Source: Squalus acanthias (lineage: Eukaryota). From it: a stretch of 64,000 nt of DNA. The stretch's first letter is position 1; each line of letters starts with the position of its first letter. Shown here piece by piece: positions 60,247 to 64,000 of the stretch. The DNA is taken from NCBI GenBank assembly GCA_030390025.1, contig CM059441.1, positions 19,964,001 through 20,028,000 on the forward strand, written 5' to 3'. A model generated the notes under the pieces. That model worked only from the letters and a program-made list of their open reading frames with translations. It was not told where the DNA came from and did not search any database. The translations under genes were made by a program, and so were the position numbers.

Positions 60247-61378
60247 AACATAGCAACATAGGAACAGGAGGAGGCCATTCAGCCCCTCGAGCCTGTTCCT
60301 CCATTCAATGAGATCATGGCTGACCTGCGACCGAACTCCATATACCCGCCTTTGCCTCATATCCTTTAATACCTTTGGTTAACAAAAACCTTGCTGGGGT
60401 ACAGTTCCACGGACACTGGCAACCACTTGCTGGGGTGCAGTTTCTGCACGACACTTGTTACTTACTAAACAACATCTCACCTCACAGAAAGAACGCAAAG
60501 CACCCCCGATTGAAACACTCCACAGGATTCAAAAAGCTTGGAAGAATCGAATTTGAAAAATATTACATAGGAACATAAGAACAGGAGTAGGCCATTCAAC
60601 CCCTCGAGCCTGTCCCGCCATTCAATGAGATCATGAGTGATCTGTGACCTAACTCCATATACCCGCCTTTGCTCCATATCCCTTAATACCTTTGGTTAAC
60701 AAAAATCTATCAATGTCAAAATTAATAATTGATCTAGCATCAATTGCTGTTTGCAGAAGAGAGTTCCAAACTTCTACCACCCTTTGTGTGTAGAAGTGTT
60801 TCCTAATTTCACTCCTGAAAGGTCTGGCTCTAATTTTTAGCCTATGCCCCCTAGTCCTAGACTCCTCAACCAGCGGAAATAGTTTCTCTCTATCTATTGC
60901 TGTGTCCCTTCCATCCCGATGTGGAAAGATAGGAACAGGAGTGGGCCATTCAGCCCCTCGAGCCTGTTCTGTCATTCAGTTAGATCATGGCTAACCTGTA
61001 TCTTAAGTCCATTTACCTGTCTTGGTTCCATAGCCCTTGCAGAACAAAAACCTCAGTTTGGAAATTTTCAATTGACCCCTAGCTGCAACAGCTTTTTGGG
61101 GGAGAGAGGTCCACCACCTTTTGTGTGAAGAATTGCTTCTGACTTCACCCCTGAACGGCCAAGCTCTAATTTTAAGGTTATGCCCCCTTGTTCTGGACTC
61201 GCCCACCAGAGAAAATAGTTTCTCCCTATCTACACTGTCAAATCCTTTAATCATCTTAACCACCTCAATTAGCTCACCCCTTAATCTTCTATACTCAAGA
61301 GAATACAAGTCTAGTCTTTGCAACCTGCCCTCACAATTTAACCTTTATCGCTCTGGTATCATTCTAGTGAATCTGCAT
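60247..61378 (-). mobile_element. Cluster of three CR1 3' fragments with a captured ~175-bp segment (60390-60565)
   Basis: CR1 tails start at about 60247, 60566 and 60928; ORFs 60649-60975 and 61003-61323. Confidence 0.85.
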
Positions 61379-61532
61379 CTAGCCTTCATAGAACAGGAAA
61401 GTTTTTAGCTAAAGGAAAAGACCATTAGGCCTAATAAATATGTGTCTTCTTCATAGACCGACACCATCTACTTGCTTTCACACCATATCCTTCATACCCT
61501 TCTCTCTCCAAGAGCACGCCCATTTGTCTCTT

Positions 61533-61786
61533 GGCGCATGGGAACACCACCACCTCCAAGTTTCCCTCCAAGTCACACACCATCCTGACTTGGAAGTATA
61601 TCGCTGTTCCTTCATCGTCGCTGGGTCAAAATCCTGGAACTCCCTCCCTAACAGCACTGTGGGAGCACCTTCACCGCACGGACTGCAGCGGTTCAAGAAG
61701 GCGGCTCACCACCACCTTCTCAAGGGCAATTAGGGATTGGCAATAAATGCTGGGCTTGCCACATCCTATGAACGAATATAAAAAAG
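61533..61786 (+). mobile_element. LINE 3' end (family of 8241-8862)
   Basis: Near-identical to 8610-8860. Confidence 0.8.
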
Positions 61787-62222
61787 CCCAAACACCTGTA
61801 AACGGGCACAGCAATGAACTCATCCAGCTGTTTCTCTCCTCCTCTCCTCTCCTGCCGTTGGTCTTTTTCCAGGAGAGGCGATAAAGAAATACTTTCTTTT
61901 ACTTCATTCACATTCTTTTCCTATGGAATGGAATGACCAGCTGGAAACCTAACGTACACTCTGCCTGGAAACCTGCATCAGATGTCCTGTAACTTAATGC
62001 AGGGCATTTCGAACCATAGAATTTTATAAAAGGGGATCACTCAGCCAATCGTGTGTGTGTGTCAGCTCTTTGCTAGGGCCGTCAAAACTTACCCTGCTGT
62101 CCCCCATCTTCCCCATAGCCCTGTATCTTTCTCTGCTTCAAATAGTTATCCATTTTTCTCTTAAAAGAGGCAATGACCTCTTGCTCAACCATTCCTTGTG
62201 GTAAAGCATTCCATTCTACTAT

Positions 62223-62657
62223 GGCAACACGGTGGCATAGTGGTTAGCACTGGTGCCTCACAGCGCCAGAGACCCGGGTTCGAATCTGACCTCGGGTGAC
62301 TGTCTGTGTGGAGTTTGCACATTCTCCCCGTGTCTGCGTGGGTTTCCTCCGGGTGCTCCGGTTTCCTCCCACAGTCCAAAAATGTGTGGGTTAGGTTGAT
62401 TTGGCTATGATAAATTGACCCTTAGTGTTAGGGGGGATTAAATATGTGGGGTTATGGGGATAGGATGGGATATGTTAGGGGGAATTAAATACGTGGGGTT
62501 ACGGGGGTAGGGTGGGATATGTGTACTGTGGGGATTAAAAAGCAGGGACAGGGTACTGGATTTGGATGATCAGCCATGATCGTATTGAATGGCGGAGCAG
62601 GCTCGACGGGCCGAATGGCCTACTCCTGCTCCTAGATTCTATGTTTCTATGTTTCTA
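62223..62657 (+). mobile_element. HE1-like V-SINE with CR1/HER1-derived tail
   Basis: A box tggcatagtggt, B box ggttcgaatc, V domain tgtgtggagtttgcacattctccccgtgtctgcgtgggtttcctccgggtgctccggtttcctccca, CR1 tail ending (ctatgttt)n. Confidence 0.9.
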
Positions 62658-62896
62658 TTCTCCAACAAGCCTCCAGCAAGATTTACGATACTCCATCATA
62701 ACATGTACTGAAGGAAAGCATTGATGCCCATTTTATGCATTGTGCACATTATCGGGTGGACTCACGCAAGTGATTTTGGGCTGGTGCTCTCAAAGATTGA
62801 TTTAATTGCTTTACATTGATAGCAAGTCTTTTGTTATACTTTAATAGGTAATACCAATTACTTGAGCAGCTACCTGATGTACAGAACAGTCACATT

Positions 62897-63720
62897 GGGC
62901 GCGATCTTGCCAGCCCAGGGGAGGCGGGTTTGGAGGCGGGCCTGCCGGGAAAATGGCAGAATCTGGGGGCGGGTGCCCAACCGGTCCCCAACCCACCTCC
63001 GTGCCATCTTCCTGGGAGGCGGGTAGCCGACCCGCGCCGGGTCCTGTCTCCTGGAGGCGGGAAGGGGATTACAGCCACTTAACTGCCTGTTAACAGAGGA
63101 TTATCCCCATTTTACCCACACAAGTGCGGGCTTCCCGAAGGCTGCAAACCCCGCCAGGGTCAGCGAAGTGAGCAGTGGGTCTGCGGGGGTCTGCGGGGGG
63201 CAAAAGTGCGCTGTGAAGGTAAGTGATGGGTGCAAGTGTGGAGAGGTGAGTATGTGAGGTGAGTGGAAAGTGATAGAAAATGTTTACTTACCTTTGTTTC
63301 TTCCTGCAGGCTTCAACAGTTGGGGATGTGGAGAGTCTCGCATCTCACCGGCAGAGATGACAGATGGCTGCTGCATTCTCCAATGCAACAGCCATCTAAT
63401 TTCTGCTCACAAAAGAGGTTTGATGAGTCTTGAATACAAGAACTCACCAAACAACATAGAATGTCAGTGTTTGACAGCTTCACAGAGCTGTCAAACGATG
63501 ACAATTCATCTGTCAAAAATTTTTGAAAATGAAACGTCATACGCTGACGTTCTCTGTAACCGGCTTCCCCTTAATTGGCCTGCTAAGCCCGCTGGGCGGG
63601 TTTAACAAGGTCAATCAAGGCAAAATAGCATGGGTTGGCCTGAAGTCGATGGAGGCGGGACTAAAACCCGACAAGCAGCAGTCCCACCTCCAACGCGCCC
63701 CCATTGACAAAATCGCCCCC
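62897..63720. mobile_element. Non-autonomous PIF/Harbinger-like element
   Basis: TIRs gggcgcgatcttgcc / gacaaaatcgccccc; flanks att/aat; GC-rich subterminal gaggcggg repeats. Confidence 0.65.
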
Positions 63721-64000
63721 AATGAGTCTGTTCCAATCCCTTCCAGGGAAGCAAAGGTCTGCTTCAGGCTGCACCAGCCCATGTTTGATAGACTATTTAT
63801 CAGAGGGCATCACTGGGTTAGAGGTTCCAATTTCTGCAAACAACGAGGGTCACTGGGGCAATACCGAAACGATGTTGAAACATTTACACTGCTTTGCAGG
63901 GACTAAAACTGGTGCTCAGCCCACAGCTTATTTAACCAGCCCTGTGTATCATGAAAGAAGATCTGGACACATACAATGGAATTGTCTTATTACAGACCTC

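Noticed and set aside
62223-62295. tRNA gene (also SINE heads at 38421, 51851, 59254)
   Set aside because: A/B boxes continue directly into SINE bodies; no complete cloverleaf seen.
22300-64000. SLC45A3 coding exons expected from human synteny
   Set aside because: No matching transmembrane-transporter peptide recognised in the ORF track or by eye.

Overview
Vertebrate genomic DNA, almost certainly from a cartilaginous fish (HE1-type V-SINE, SacSINE1-like Deu-SINEs, abundant HER1/CR1 LINEs). The only host gene I recognise is NUCKS1: its last two coding exons (9607-9762 and 12885-13111, + strand) and a probably long 3' UTR. The rest is mostly transposon-derived: decayed CR1, L2 and RTE LINE fragments, several SINE families, hAT MITEs with 8-bp TSDs, PIF/Harbinger-type elements (one with a Myb/SANT remnant), and a gap-ridden ~4.4 kb polypyrimidine satellite. 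The most interesting system is two sequence-unrelated Penelope-like (GIY-YIG) retroelement families. Both carry a 37-nt minimal type I hammerhead ribozyme fold with co-varying stems and a palindromic stem III, followed at the same spacing by a 3' fold-back hairpin. Both make 10-13 bp TSDs and inverted 5' copies, and both have miniature non-autonomous derivatives. All calls were made by eye; repeat family names need RepeatMasker/Dfam confirmation.
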